From IMG/VR virus record IMGVR_UViG_3300022822_000008: 64,000 bases of DNA; one strand, given 5' to 3'. A program made the position numbers and the translations under genes. The first letter of the stretch is position 1; each line of letters opens with the position of its first letter. Of this stretch, positions 17,813-27,362 are shown one piece after another. This stretch comes from a virus. Lineage: Duplodnaviria > Heunggongvirae > Uroviricota > Caudoviricetes. Below the pieces are notes generated by a model that searched no databases, had not been told where the DNA came from, and saw nothing but the letters and a program-made list of their open reading frames with translations.

Positions 17813-19429
17813 TTAAAATATAAGCAGCTCGTCGTCTTCGTTCAATTCACCTGCGATAACATAACCGCGATTCTTTGTAAAGATTTTATGGTCAACAGTA
17901 CAACGAATAGATTTGCCAGTTGCATCATCAGTAATCAATAATAACTTAGCATTTTCAGACATACATTTTCCAGCAGTGACTAATTTGTATTCATATTCAC
18001 CTTTCTCAATATTATATGATTTTACCTTAACCTCGCCAGAAGAGTTAACAACATCATACAAACTCACATCGAATTTAGGTTCTCCATCAATAATACAATC
18101 TAAAGTCACATCACCAGCCAAACATAAATTAGATTGTCTAATCGGTGCTTTTTCGGCTATGAAACTGCCATGATCATTAGCATTATCTACGTTTTGTAAA
18201 TAAATTCGACCTGTGTTTTTTCTTTCTTCCATAAAGGAACTGAACAATTGAATTGCCGGAACTGTCTTTTTACGTATGCTAGTTTTACGTTCTGCCTTTT
18301 CATATAGAATTTTAAATTTGTCTTGATCTGCAAAAAATGACTCGTACAATCCAGGCACATCACTTGGTGAGAATAGAGTAATATTTCCGCCAGTAATTAG
18401 CCTTTCGTACATCAGTTTATTAAATTGAATTCCATAATCCATATGACGGACTCTATTTTCTTCAGTACCTTTATTATTCTTCAGTACTAGCAAATCTTCA
18501 ATATCTAAACGCCAGATGGGATGATAAATTGTCGCAGCACCGCCTCTCACTCCACCTTGACTGCAAGATTTAACAGCTGTTTGAAAATGCTTATAGAATG
18601 GTATTATACCTGTGTGGAATGCGTCACCCTTGCGAATTGGAGAACCTACAGTACGTATTGAGCCTCCACCGATTCCTATACCTGCTTTTTGTGAAACATA
18701 TTTGACAATAGCCGAAGCAGTTGCGTTTATAGAATCCAAACTATCACCTGCTTCTATTAACACACAAGAACTAAATTGCCTTTGTGGCGTGCGAACACCT
18801 GCCATGACTGGAGTAGGCAAACTAATGTCATGTTGACTGATTGCATCGTAATAATCTTTTACGTATTTAAGTCTTGTTTTTTCTGGATAGTTATGAAACA
18901 AAGTTGCTGCAATTAGTATATAACACATCTGAGGAGTTTCGAAAATTTCACCAGTCACTCGGTTTTGTGATAAATACTTGCCGCGAAGTTGTTCCATTGC
19001 TACATAGGTTAAATCTTCATCACGGTCGTGTTTGATAAAGTTGTTAATTTTATTCCATTCAGCTTCGGTATAGTGTGACTCAAGTTCTGGATCATAAAAT
19101 CCGCGTTTTGTGTTTAGTCTTATTAAGTCGATAAGTGGAGATGGTGTATAACATCCATAAACTTCTTGACGAAGTGCGTAGTTTATTAATCTGCCTCCAA
19201 CTTTATCATAGTTCGGAGTTTCTTCTGTAATCAAATCAGCTGCGGCTTTGATTAGAGTTTCTTGTATTTCTTTGGAGTGTATACCATCATAAAATTGTAT
19301 TTGACTTTTCATTTCTACTGCGCTTGCAAAAACTCCTGTTATATTTTCGCAAGCATGAATAACTACTTTATGTAATTTTTCTACATTTAACGGCTCTTTG
19401 CCACCATCGCGTTTCGTAACTTGTATCAT
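17813..19429 (-). CDS. nrdA: RNR alpha subunit, fragment 1 (N-terminal) + split-intein N-part (17816-18124)
   Basis: ATP cone VTKRDG, TPVMAG, QFSSCVL, GGVRGGAA, RQSNL|CLAGD; intein block B IRCTVDHKIFT. Confidence 0.93.
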   Translation of the reverse strand: MIQVTKRDGGKEPLNVEKLHKVVIHACENITGVFASAVEMKSQIQFYDGIHSKEIQETLIKAAADLITEETPNYDKVGGRLINYALRQEVYGCYTPSPLIDLIRLNTKRGFYDPELESHYTEAEWNKINNFIKHDRDEDLTYVAMEQLRGKYLSQNRVTGEIFETPQMCYILIAATLFHNYPEKTRLKYVKDYYDAISQHDISLPTPVMAGVRTPQRQFSSCVLIEAGDSLDSINATASAIVKYVSQKAGIGIGGGSIRTVGSPIRKGDAFHTGIIPFYKHFQTAVKSCSQGGVRGGAATIYHPIWRLDIEDLLVLKNNKGTEENRVRHMDYGIQFNKLMYERLITGGNITLFSPSDVPGLYESFFADQDKFKILYEKAERKTSIRKKTVPAIQLFSSFMEERKNTGRIYLQNVDNANDHGSFIAEKAPIRQSNLCLAGDVTLDCIIDGEPKFDVSLYDVVNSSGEVKVKSYNIEKGEYEYKLVTAGKCMSENAKLLLITDDATGKSIRCTVDHKIFTKNRGYVIAGELNEDDELLIF

Positions 19430-20448
19430 GTTTTCTTCCATTCTGTTAATTTTATTTTTGCGGTTAGACCCTGATATGTATTTGAGTTAATAACTTCTTC
19501 AACATCAGCAACACCATTCAGAATCATTTCATTAATATCTTTACCAGGTATATTACTGGGCCATATGCATATTTGGTGTCCTGCTTCAATAGTTTTTTCC
19601 ATACGTCTATGTATATCTTTATTCCTAGGTTCAGCATCATACACCCACACAGATTTTTGAATATTTTTAAGGCCTTTTATATTTCCATCAGCACCTGCCA
19701 TTGCAAGAGCATTACTAAGAAACATGCTGTCAATAGCACCTTCAACCAAGTGATATTTTTTCCTGAAATCAATACAGTCAAGACCATATAATTTAGGCAT
19801 ATCACAAAACATAATAGAATAATATCTTATTCCGTCGGGGTCAAAACCTCTAGCTGAACATCCGAATATTTTCCCATCTTCGTCAAGGAAAGGCAGAACC
19901 AACCTAGGTTCATCTTTACCCACAATTTCGAATTTACCAGGCAAAATATCATTGATCCAAGCTCTAAACTTTGGAGCATAATACATTCGATAATGATGAT
20001 CTGGAGGTACCATACGTTTATTAATATATTTTTTAAGCGGATGATTCCATTCCAGTTGACTAATCTTCTTCAACTTCTTTAACGGGTCTTTATCAAATAC
20101 TGGTGCTTTGTGCATTTCTTTATCTTCGATAGATTGCGATTCATCTACTTTCTTAGGTTTTTCATCTTTCCTTATAAACTTCTCTGCTACCCAATCATTA
20201 TAAATCATGATGTCCATTTCTTTTAAGAACTGCCCATATGATCTACTTTGGCCGCAATTATGACAAAAATAGTAAAGACGATTGTCTTTCTCTATGAGCC
20301 ATCCGCGGGTTTTCGAGCGTGTTTTTTCTGAATCTCCACAAAGAGGACAGCGAAAATTTATTTTATACGGGACTGTTGACTTGATACGGAATCCATCAAG
20401 TCGGAAGGATAACATTTGAGCATACTGTATATCAACAAAATCAATCAT
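19426..20448 (-). CDS. 61: DNA primase gp61
   Basis: FRCPLCGDS...CHNCG Zn finger, VEGAIDSMF, KDINEM. Confidence 0.95.
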   Translation of the reverse strand: MIDFVDIQYAQMLSFRLDGFRIKSTVPYKINFRCPLCGDSEKTRSKTRGWLIEKDNRLYYFCHNCGQSRSYGQFLKEMDIMIYNDWVAEKFIRKDEKPKKVDESQSIEDKEMHKAPVFDKDPLKKLKKISQLEWNHPLKKYINKRMVPPDHHYRMYYAPKFRAWINDILPGKFEIVGKDEPRLVLPFLDEDGKIFGCSARGFDPDGIRYYSIMFCDMPKLYGLDCIDFRKKYHLVEGAIDSMFLSNALAMAGADGNIKGLKNIQKSVWVYDAEPRNKDIHRRMEKTIEAGHQICIWPSNIPGKDINEMILNGVADVEEVINSNTYQGLTAKIKLTEWKKT

Positions 20449-20515
20449 TACAAACCTTCATTTAGCATAAAAGAACAAAAAACTATTTGCTCACCATGTC
20501 GTTCAATAAGATACC

Positions 20516-20543
20516 ATTATACACCGTTTACAGTATTTGTCAA
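20516..20543 (-). promoter_or_regulatory. Sigma70-type promoter upstream of primase
   Basis: TTGACA-16-TATAAT. Confidence 0.7.
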
Positions 20544-20625
20544 CCTATATTTAGTATCTTTTATTGCTGACTGCTCTATTAATTATGATGTAATGATACA
20601 TCATATCAAGTATTTGTCAATATAT

Positions 20626-21000
20626 TTATTTCCAGATGTCTTCGTATGCTTCTATAATGGCCTTTTGTTGCTCGATTAAAGCTCGAACGTCACCAAGATT
20701 GAGTGCTATTTTTTCGTATCCGTCTGCACTTATTGCAAAGAACACCTTTGATTCATTACTACCGAGGCCTGCGAAAATTTCATCCACATTCTCAGGTGTA
20801 ATAATAACCCATTCAATATCGCGCAAAGATATTCTATCCGCATCAGGCAATATGGGTTTGGGTGGTAGGACTTCTTTAAATTGAACCTCAACAACAGGCT
20901 CAACTGGTATTGGTTTGAATGAAGAACAGCTACTTAGCGACAGTATCAGCAACAGTATCGTTAAATAGCCACGGACATTCACTGTTAAATGATTTGCCAT
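20626..21000 (-). CDS. Outer-membrane spanin (Rz1-like lipoprotein)
   Basis: Lipobox LSLSSC, Pro-rich linker, overlaps 3' end of the i-spanin. Confidence 0.75.
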   Translation of the reverse strand: MANHLTVNVRGYLTILLLILSLSSCSSFKPIPVEPVVEVQFKEVLPPKPILPDADRISLRDIEWVIITPENVDEIFAGLGSNESKVFFAISADGYEKIALNLGDVRALIEQQKAIIEAYEDIWK

Positions 21001-21427
21001 TTGTTGCATTCCTTTCATTATCTTTTAATGGGGCGCCAGACAGAATTTCCATACAGCGAAATGCTTTCTTGGATGCGTTGTTTACGACTCTTTCTACTAA
21101 ACCTGGTTTTGCAGATGCAAGTGCGCCAATATCATGTTTACCTAAACGCTCATTCAGTTTATTATTTGATTCTCTGATCAATTGCAAATCATCAAGAGCG
21201 CCGTTATAATTTAACTGCACATCTTGATAAGCATTTGAAAGATCATCTAATGCTTTGACATTCTGAACATTTATATCAGTAATTCTAGCAACATTGGAGG
21301 TCAATGTTGCATTATTTGCAGTCAACTGCATGATCTGTGCTTGTGTTGATTTGTAGTACCAAACGGCACCACCACTCAACACAAGCAAAGCTATCATTAC
21401 GTAAACGAAAGTAGGCACTTTAAACAT
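20930..21427 (-). CDS. Inner-membrane spanin (Rz-like)
   Basis: N-terminal TM helix followed by coiled coil, two C-terminal Cys. Confidence 0.75.
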   Translation of the reverse strand: MFKVPTFVYVMIALLVLSGGAVWYYKSTQAQIMQLTANNATLTSNVARITDINVQNVKALDDLSNAYQDVQLNYNGALDDLQLIRESNNKLNERLGKHDIGALASAKPGLVERVVNNASKKAFRCMEILSGAPLKDNERNATNGKSFNSECPWLFNDTVADTVAK

Positions 21428-21699
21428 TACTTTTCGAAGTTATATTTCTTTTTCTTGCCATCATCTTTTTTCTTGCCATCATCTTCATCTTCATCATCAT
21501 CTTCTTCCTTCATTTTCTTGTAACTTTCATCCATATCTTCATCATCTTCGTCTTCATCATCTTCGTCTTTTTCTTTCATTTTTTTCATTTTCGCTTCAAG
21601 AGCAAGTTGAATGCGTGAGTTAATTTCTTCTTCAAAAGCCTCTTTAACTTTTAGTGGATTTTCGTTGATTGATTCTTGTATGATTTTTTCGATAGACAT
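21427..21699 (-). CDS. Acidic small virion/internal head protein candidate
   Basis: Late promoter TATAAATA at 21741-21748; D/E-rich tail. Confidence 0.65.
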   Translation of the reverse strand: MSIEKIIQESINENPLKVKEAFEEEINSRIQLALEAKMKKMKEKDEDDEDEDDEDMDESYKKMKEEDDDEDEDDGKKKDDGKKKKYNFEK

Positions 21700-21755
21700 T
21701 AGTTGTCTCCTTTAATTAAAATTGTTGGTGTATTATGAACTATTTATAATTTTTA

Positions 21756-22130
21756 TTAATAGTCGAATGGAGGTCTGCCGGCGTACTGAGATCTATTAAT
21801 AGCATACCATTCGCGGGGAATGCTTTCAAAAACATACCAAAATGTATCAGTTTCGATTATGTGCATTTTGCCTGGTGTGGGTTTCCAAGTTTTATACCCG
21901 CCCCTTGAGAAATATTTAGTCATAGGCACATCATCATCAAAAAATATCTGATCTGTGTTCTGTGCTTTTATGGGACTGCCATCAAAAGTAGCGAGATGTA
22001 TCTTAGGATTCTTCCCCTTCTCTCCTTCCATATCTTTAGCGAAATTTGTAATTCCTTCCGGCACTTTAACTGCTTCAGATAGAACTTGCATTACTGCATA
22101 ATCAACAGCTTCTTTAAAAATATTGGTCAT
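21756..22130 (-). CDS. Hypothetical late protein
   Basis: 124 aa ORF with FKEA / LSEA motifs. Confidence 0.6.
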   Translation of the reverse strand: MTNIFKEAVDYAVMQVLSEAVKVPEGITNFAKDMEGEKGKNPKIHLATFDGSPIKAQNTDQIFFDDDVPMTKYFSRGGYKTWKPTPGKMHIIETDTFWYVFESIPREWYAINRSQYAGRPPFDY

Positions 22131-22135
22131 TTAAC

Positions 22136-22591
22136 TTATCCTATTAACTCGAGACGACTCATTAGTCGCTCGGCTCTGTTTGTTACTTGATTATACCACA
22201 AAGAATCTCTTCCTTCGATGGCAGCTTTTTTGTAATTTCTAGCATGCAATGCAGCACGCATCTTTTTGAACTTTGTAAGCCTTGTTCGGCCCATATTGAA
22301 CATCATGTTAACAAGAATTTCTTGTACTTCACCAGGAAATTTTTCCCAATCACTTTTAAATAATATTTGACATTCGACTATCATGCGATTAAAGTCATAA
22401 TCAAAAGCTTCTAAAACTCTCGCAGGTGATATTTTAGTTCCAACTGGCGATCCGTTTTCGGGATCTGATTCAATAACTAGATGACCGATTCCGAAGGTAG
22501 GATAACCCAAATGATCCAAGTATATTTCATTGACAACACCTTCATCTATTCGTAAGGTTTCTATCAAACTCTGTTTATTTTCGTTTAACAT
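22136..22591 (-). CDS. T4-type lysozyme (GH24)
   Basis: LRIDEG...IYLDHLGYPTFGIGHL with E-x8-D-x5-T triad, NMMFNMG, SLWYNQV.NRA.RL. Confidence 0.92.
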   Translation of the reverse strand: MLNENKQSLIETLRIDEGVVNEIYLDHLGYPTFGIGHLVIESDPENGSPVGTKISPARVLEAFDYDFNRMIVECQILFKSDWEKFPGEVQEILVNMMFNMGRTRLTKFKKMRAALHARNYKKAAIEGRDSLWYNQVTNRAERLMSRLELIG

Positions 22592-23105
22592 CTTTTCTCC
22601 TCAACATATCTGTTATTTTCTTTTTCTTCTTTGTTATGCCAGGTTCTCCATCAGGTCCAACACCTAACCCAGCGACGGCTCCACCGCCCACATTAACGGT
22701 AGGTTCTTCACTTAAATGGTTGACAAATTCTTGTTCTGTGTTATAATGGACATATCGTCTGGAAAACATTGCAATTGATTCATCTAATTGTTCATCTGAA
22801 ACATCTTCTGTAAGTAATGAATTGTCGGAAAAATGATTCCATTCACGAATAAGAAATAGCGCCGCGCTATAGGATGCTAGTTTAGATGAACCGCCAGGTA
22901 CCTTTGCGAGTAACTTCTTTAAATTTAAAATCATTACATCGAAAACCCCAAACGCTTTTGTCTGTTCTCTGGTCGAGAGATCTTTTCGTTTGATTAAAAC
23001 GTTACCGTCTTTATCAATAATTCCAAGATCATATGCTTCCCATTCATCAAACGGCTTAACCAGCTTGCGGATGAATTGATAAACCATGAATAAGTCAACT
23101 ACCAT
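22575..23105 (-). CDS. Conserved T4-like late protein
   Basis: YQFIRKL..PF..W.AY.LGIID..G; EEP.VNVGGG.VAG. Confidence 0.7.
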   Translation of the reverse strand: MVVDLFMVYQFIRKLVKPFDEWEAYDLGIIDKDGNVLIKRKDLSTREQTKAFGVFDVMILNLKKLLAKVPGGSSKLASYSAALFLIREWNHFSDNSLLTEDVSDEQLDESIAMFSRRYVHYNTEQEFVNHLSEEPTVNVGGGAVAGLGVGPDGEPGITKKKKKITDMLRRKDVKRK

Positions 23106-23480
23106 TTATATCCCCATTAAAGTTTCTTTGATCTTTTGATTAGAAACTATACTTCTTCTGTTGATTGTTTTAGAATCATACTCGACCACATTTGGCATAT
23201 AATTGAGATAAGCCACAAATGGTTTTAAGTATTCATGATACTCATGCAATCTCATGAATAGCATGTTTGATGCATTTAACCCAAAGACGTTATATATAAC
23301 TATCAGATGATTTAGAATCAACCTTTCTTTCAAGTCTCCCTCTGATCTAAAACGACCAAAAAGTTTGCGAAGATACTGAAACCTTTTCATATCTTCTTCG
23401 AATTCCTCAATATCAACACATTGAGGATTGTCATAATGTTTCATGGCGTAAAGTAAAAAAGTTGATTCATTCAAATACAT
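23106..23480 (-). CDS. Conserved T4-like hypothetical protein
   Basis: FLLYAMKHYDNPQC..IEEF.ED.KRF.YL..LF. Confidence 0.72.
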   Translation of the reverse strand: MYLNESTFLLYAMKHYDNPQCVDIEEFEEDMKRFQYLRKLFGRFRSEGDLKERLILNHLIVIYNVFGLNASNMLFMRLHEYHEYLKPFVAYLNYMPNVVEYDSKTINRRSIVSNQKIKETLMGI

Positions 23481-23498
23481 AATTAAATATTGTCCTTA

Positions 23499-23786
23499 TT
23501 ATTCGTCAGCAACAACTGCGTCTTCATCATTCGTGTCACCAGTAACTCCATCGTCACCAGCGTCAGCTTGCGCGACTTTCATCGGAACTAGAATTTCAAC
23601 TTTACGTCTAGTATTTCCGTTCTGATCTGTATAAGTTGTATATAAATTCCAACCTGGGGTTTTAATCCCATTTGCGCGATTAGCAGCTAATACAGCTTCC
23701 GTTGTATCAACAAGATATGTATTGTTAATGCTTTCAGACCATACTGGTGCGTCTGCTAATGTATCTGTATTTCCCCATTGTGCCAT
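23499..23786 (-). CDS. Putative virion structural protein
   Basis: MAQWGNTD start, G.KTPGW..Y.TY...G..RRK.E.LV. Confidence 0.6.
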   Translation of the reverse strand: MAQWGNTDTLADAPVWSESINNTYLVDTTEAVLAANRANGIKTPGWNLYTTYTDQNGNTRRKVEILVPMKVAQADAGDDGVTGDTNDEDAVVADE

Positions 23787-23822
23787 TGTAGACTCTCCTT
23801 TAAAGAGTTATTGTTATTATGT

Positions 23823-24008
23823 TTATTTATTACTTTTCTTTGTCGACTCAATTATAGGAGATTCTTTTTCAACTTCTTCTGAATCTTCTGTAATTTTCTC
23901 GTCTTCTTTTTTCTGTTTGTAATCTTTGTATGCGCAGATTGCCCATTTGGCAAATTTAATACGCTGTACCCAAGACCAGATTGCATATGCAGCTGTTATA
24001 AACCCCAT
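23823..24008 (-). CDS. Hypothetical small protein
   Basis: 61 aa ORF with GGAG SD. Confidence 0.5.
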   Translation of the reverse strand: MGFITAAYAIWSWVQRIKFAKWAICAYKDYKQKKEDEKITEDSEEVEKESPIIESTKKSNK

Positions 24009-24122
24009 AATTATTCTCCAAGTTTGATAAATTTATACACCTACGACTTTCGTAGAATCATTACATTTAGGACAGGAACCTTCATTTTCTGCCATGTCCT
24101 TTCTGTTGAAACTTCATCACAT

Positions 24123-24533
24123 TTAATTATGCAATTTCGTCGCTTCATTTATACTGACACGTAATGCTTCTTTCATCGCTTTACCGATTGCAGCGCGGCG
24201 TTTCTTCAAATAATCATCTGATTCATCTTCGTCACCATCGTTGTCGATATCACCGTCTGCTTTGCCGACTGGATCAAGTTTCTTTTTCTCATCGAGATCT
24301 TCATAATCTTCGCCGATAGTCTTTTTCAACTCATCACCCATTCGCTTCAGATCGCCTTGTAACTTATTGACATCTTTCATTATAGCTTTTGCCATATTTT
24401 TACCGTTGCTACTTTTCGCGGCCTTTAGTATTTTTACGACATCAGAATTCGCTTGTATTAGGTGAGACCTGGCGCTAGAGATAAGTGTTTCTCTTGGGTC
24501 TGATTTTTCTTGCATATCTTTAAACCTATTCAT
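24123..24533 (-). CDS. Putative internal head protein with DxDxDG motif
   Basis: LDPVGKADGDIDNDGDEDESDDYLKKRRAAIGKAM. Confidence 0.65.
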   Translation of the reverse strand: MNRFKDMQEKSDPRETLISSARSHLIQANSDVVKILKAAKSSNGKNMAKAIMKDVNKLQGDLKRMGDELKKTIGEDYEDLDEKKKLDPVGKADGDIDNDGDEDESDDYLKKRRAAIGKAMKEALRVSINEATKLHN

Positions 24534-24560
24534 GTTATTTATTCCTATTGTTTTATTTAT

Positions 24561-24746
24561 TTATTCGTTTGGTACAAAACGGTTCATGTCATTGAAATAA
24601 TAATTTTTTTCTTCCAATCTTTGATCCATAGCTTTGCGGATTGCGATTCTGCGATCATTCAAATGTTCATATCCGTCGATATCGCCATATAATTTTCCTA
24701 CTGGGACAATTTTCTTGTCTTCTTCCAACTCTTTAGATAGGTTCAT
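24561..24746 (-). CDS. Small paralog of the 24123 protein motif
   Basis: VPVGKLYGDIDGYEHLNDRRIAIRKAM. Confidence 0.6.
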   Translation of the reverse strand: MNLSKELEEDKKIVPVGKLYGDIDGYEHLNDRRIAIRKAMDQRLEEKNYYFNDMNRFVPNE

Positions 24747-24759
24747 TTAATAATTACTC

Positions 24760-24900
24760 CTATTTATTCGATTCTTTTTTCACGCAGTTAGGAACTTCCT
24801 TCCCACCCTTTTTCTTGGTGCCGATCATCTCGTAATCTTTCCAGCAAGGATCTTCACCTTTCATCTTTTTTGCTTCGACGTATTGCTTGAATGTCTTCAT
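24760..24900 (-). CDS. 46 aa putative internal head protein
   Basis: Read by hand: MKTFKQYVEAKKMKGEDPCWKDYEMIGTKKKGGKEVPNCV. Confidence 0.65.
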   Translation of the reverse strand: MKTFKQYVEAKKMKGEDPCWKDYEMIGTKKKGGKEVPNCVKKESNK

Positions 24901-24919
24901 TTTTATTTCCTGTGTGATA

Positions 24920-25645
24920 TTAGTCTTTAATTTTTTCTAGCGTGAATTTTTTATCTTTATTGAAAGGTTTCTTCATTAAAGTTGCGGCTGTTTTCTTTAG
25001 CGTTTCTACTTTACCTGTTACTTCTTTGCCACCTAATTTCAGAGGTTTGCCGTCTACATATAAGCTATATATAGCATTATTTATGCGCGGTTTTTCTTTT
25101 GGTGAATCTTCTCCGGCATTACGTTCTTTACTTCTAGAATTCTTCTGAAATCTACTGTCCCAGTCTTTTGAACCTTCGTCCAAAGATTCCTTAACCAAGT
25201 CTTTAGAATCCACCGTCATAGAACCAGTACCAACCTTTACATTAACCTTTCCGTTTACGTTACCAACAACCGTGCCAGTCTCAGTTGCTTTTCTAAATAC
25301 GTCATAGCTTTTTGCATTTTTGATTATAACTTTATCACCTTTACTGAATGATTCTTTCATTGGTTCTTTCTTTTTGGGTGCAGGCTTTTCTTTTGGTTCG
25401 GGCTTTTTAGGTGCAGGCTTCTTAGGTGCAGGCTTTTCCTCAGGTTTGCCGTCGTCGGTTACAGGTTCGTTGTCTGGAGAAATCTCTGCAGTTATAGTCG
25501 ATGCTATTTTTAACAGACGAACTTTCCAGTCTTCACTGCCTGCGTCAGATGTTTGTAATTCACTCTTTAATTTTTTAAGGTCTGCGCCAACATCCTGCAT
25601 TATTGCAAGAGCATCAGAACTCATATCTTCGTTAGTATTTGCCAC
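24920..25645 (-). CDS. Putative internal head protein, modular
   Basis: PAPKK repeats, MKES / VKESLDEG motifs. Confidence 0.6.
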   Translation of the reverse strand: MANTNEDMSSDALAIMQDVGADLKKLKSELQTSDAGSEDWKVRLLKIASTITAEISPDNEPVTDDGKPEEKPAPKKPAPKKPEPKEKPAPKKKEPMKESFSKGDKVIIKNAKSYDVFRKATETGTVVGNVNGKVNVKVGTGSMTVDSKDLVKESLDEGSKDWDSRFQKNSRSKERNAGEDSPKEKPRINNAIYSLYVDGKPLKLGGKEVTGKVETLKKTAATLMKKPFNKDKKFTLEKIKD

Positions 25646-27305
25646 TGCTCTCTTCCTTAGGTGTATCTTTCTTTAGCTTTTTAACAAGTTCGTCAGTGCC
25701 TTCACATCCAGCTCCTGATTTCTCTGCCATAAATTTTTCGAATTTTTCATTATTGCTTTCTTTCATAACTCCAGCAGAAACCATTTTATCGTAATGAATG
25801 TCAAGTGTTCTAGCATCAACATTCCAAACCTTCGCGGCTCTGACAAGTGCATCTTTAACACCATCTTTTTTGAACTTTAAATATTGTCCCAATGCTGCTT
25901 TATATTCTTTAGAGCGAATTGTCCGATCAAACCAACGTTCTACTTCTGGAAACAAATCCTTAAGAAAATTTGTACCACCTCCGAATGGTGCCTCATTCAT
26001 GTAATCTTCTACCGATTCCTGAAGATCCAATATTGAAGCCATTACGTTTTCAGAATCTTCTTGAACCATGGCAGGTTCGCCATCTTTATAAGGAACAGTT
26101 GCAACTTTATACATCTTGAATCTTTTATCGATTTTACATGAATTATCTTTATTCAATAGCATGTGAAAGCGCTTTTTTGGTTTCATATCAACTAAAGATG
26201 CTTCCTCGATAAACCGAGATTCCATAAAGTCTTCAAAACTTTCGTTTAAGCGATCTTTCATAAAATCTTCAAACATCTCGTTTTTATTCCTATTCGCAAA
26301 TCTTTCTTGTTCTTTTTTCCTCACTGCAGGTAATAATTTCTTAGATATTCTTGCGAGTCTGCCCTTTGGTATTCTGTCAATCTTTTTGGATATTTGATTT
26401 TTTTGTGCGGTTGACATTTCATCAGGTGATTTGCCTTGAGAGAACTTCTTCTTTAATGCACCCAATGCTTGTTTATTGGCACGACCTTTTAATTTTTCAA
26501 GTGGTGCTTTTTTACGAGCAGCACGTTCACGGCCTTTTTTAATTTTTGCTTTATTTTTGCGTATGGACATCGACATTTTACGGCGCTGTGTGTTGTCCAA
26601 CACTCTTTCATCCAATTCGTCGCTATCTTCATGTTCAAGGTCTTCCGACAATCCCATTCCCTTACGAACCGAATTTAAAACTTTTCCAGCAGAACCTTGT
26701 AATTTACTAGGTAAACCTTTTTTAAATCTTTCCAAATCGTTGTCAGATGCGAGTGTTCTCATCTTAGATGCAGACATACCTTCCAAACCTTCAGCATCAG
26801 GATCTCTTTGACCTGCCGATACAACACCTACAGAATCAAAAGTAAATTCCTTTTTATTATATTTTTCTAATATCTTTTCAAACTCTTCTACTCGATCACT
26901 ACCAACGACCATAATGAGGTTGTTGTAGGAATTTTGCAACTCTTGAGCAACTTCAATTATCTGTTTAGCCTTTGATTTGACAACCATTTTGCCGAATGCC
27001 TTTTGAGCAAACATAAACTTATCTTCATATGATAATGGATTCTTTTTTGCGTCAGTTGAGTGTGAAAGGAATATTAGCGGTTCACCTTTCATCTTGATTG
27101 CTGTTGCAGCGATTTTATTTGCTAATTTTTCATGACCTAAAGTAATAGGATTCATTCGCCCAAATGTAATTACAGCAAGATGTTTTTTAACTGCCTCTTT
27201 TAAAGTAGGTTCTGTGTCTATAAATTTCTTAGGGTCAAAAGACTTATAAGTCTTTTTTGCGACCTTCTTATCAGGCTTCTCTTTTTTTGCTTCAATCATT
27301 GACAT
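25632..27305 (-). CDS. HxGH nucleotidyltransferase (cytidylyltransferase-like) with long basic C-terminal extension
   Basis: TFGRMNPITLGHEKL, KKNPLSYEDK, VVGSDRV, MSASKMR; late promoter at 27343-27350. Confidence 0.75.
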   Translation of the reverse strand: MSMIEAKKEKPDKKVAKKTYKSFDPKKFIDTEPTLKEAVKKHLAVITFGRMNPITLGHEKLANKIAATAIKMKGEPLIFLSHSTDAKKNPLSYEDKFMFAQKAFGKMVVKSKAKQIIEVAQELQNSYNNLIMVVGSDRVEEFEKILEKYNKKEFTFDSVGVVSAGQRDPDAEGLEGMSASKMRTLASDNDLERFKKGLPSKLQGSAGKVLNSVRKGMGLSEDLEHEDSDELDERVLDNTQRRKMSMSIRKNKAKIKKGRERAARKKAPLEKLKGRANKQALGALKKKFSQGKSPDEMSTAQKNQISKKIDRIPKGRLARISKKLLPAVRKKEQERFANRNKNEMFEDFMKDRLNESFEDFMESRFIEEASLVDMKPKKRFHMLLNKDNSCKIDKRFKMYKVATVPYKDGEPAMVQEDSENVMASILDLQESVEDYMNEAPFGGGTNFLKDLFPEVERWFDRTIRSKEYKAALGQYLKFKKDGVKDALVRAAKVWNVDARTLDIHYDKMVSAGVMKESNNEKFEKFMAEKSGAGCEGTDELVKKLKKDTPKEESSGKY

Positions 27306-27362
27306 CTTCCTGTTTATAATTAATATTCAACTATATTTCGTTTATTTATAATTACGATTAAA

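Noticed and set aside
21427-21560. GAT/GAA trinucleotide-like repeats
   Set aside because: Simply encode the poly-Asp/Glu tail of a protein.
25370-25450. Short tandem repeats (GCACCTAAGAAG-like)
   Set aside because: Encode a PAPKK linker; not a CRISPR or a separate element.
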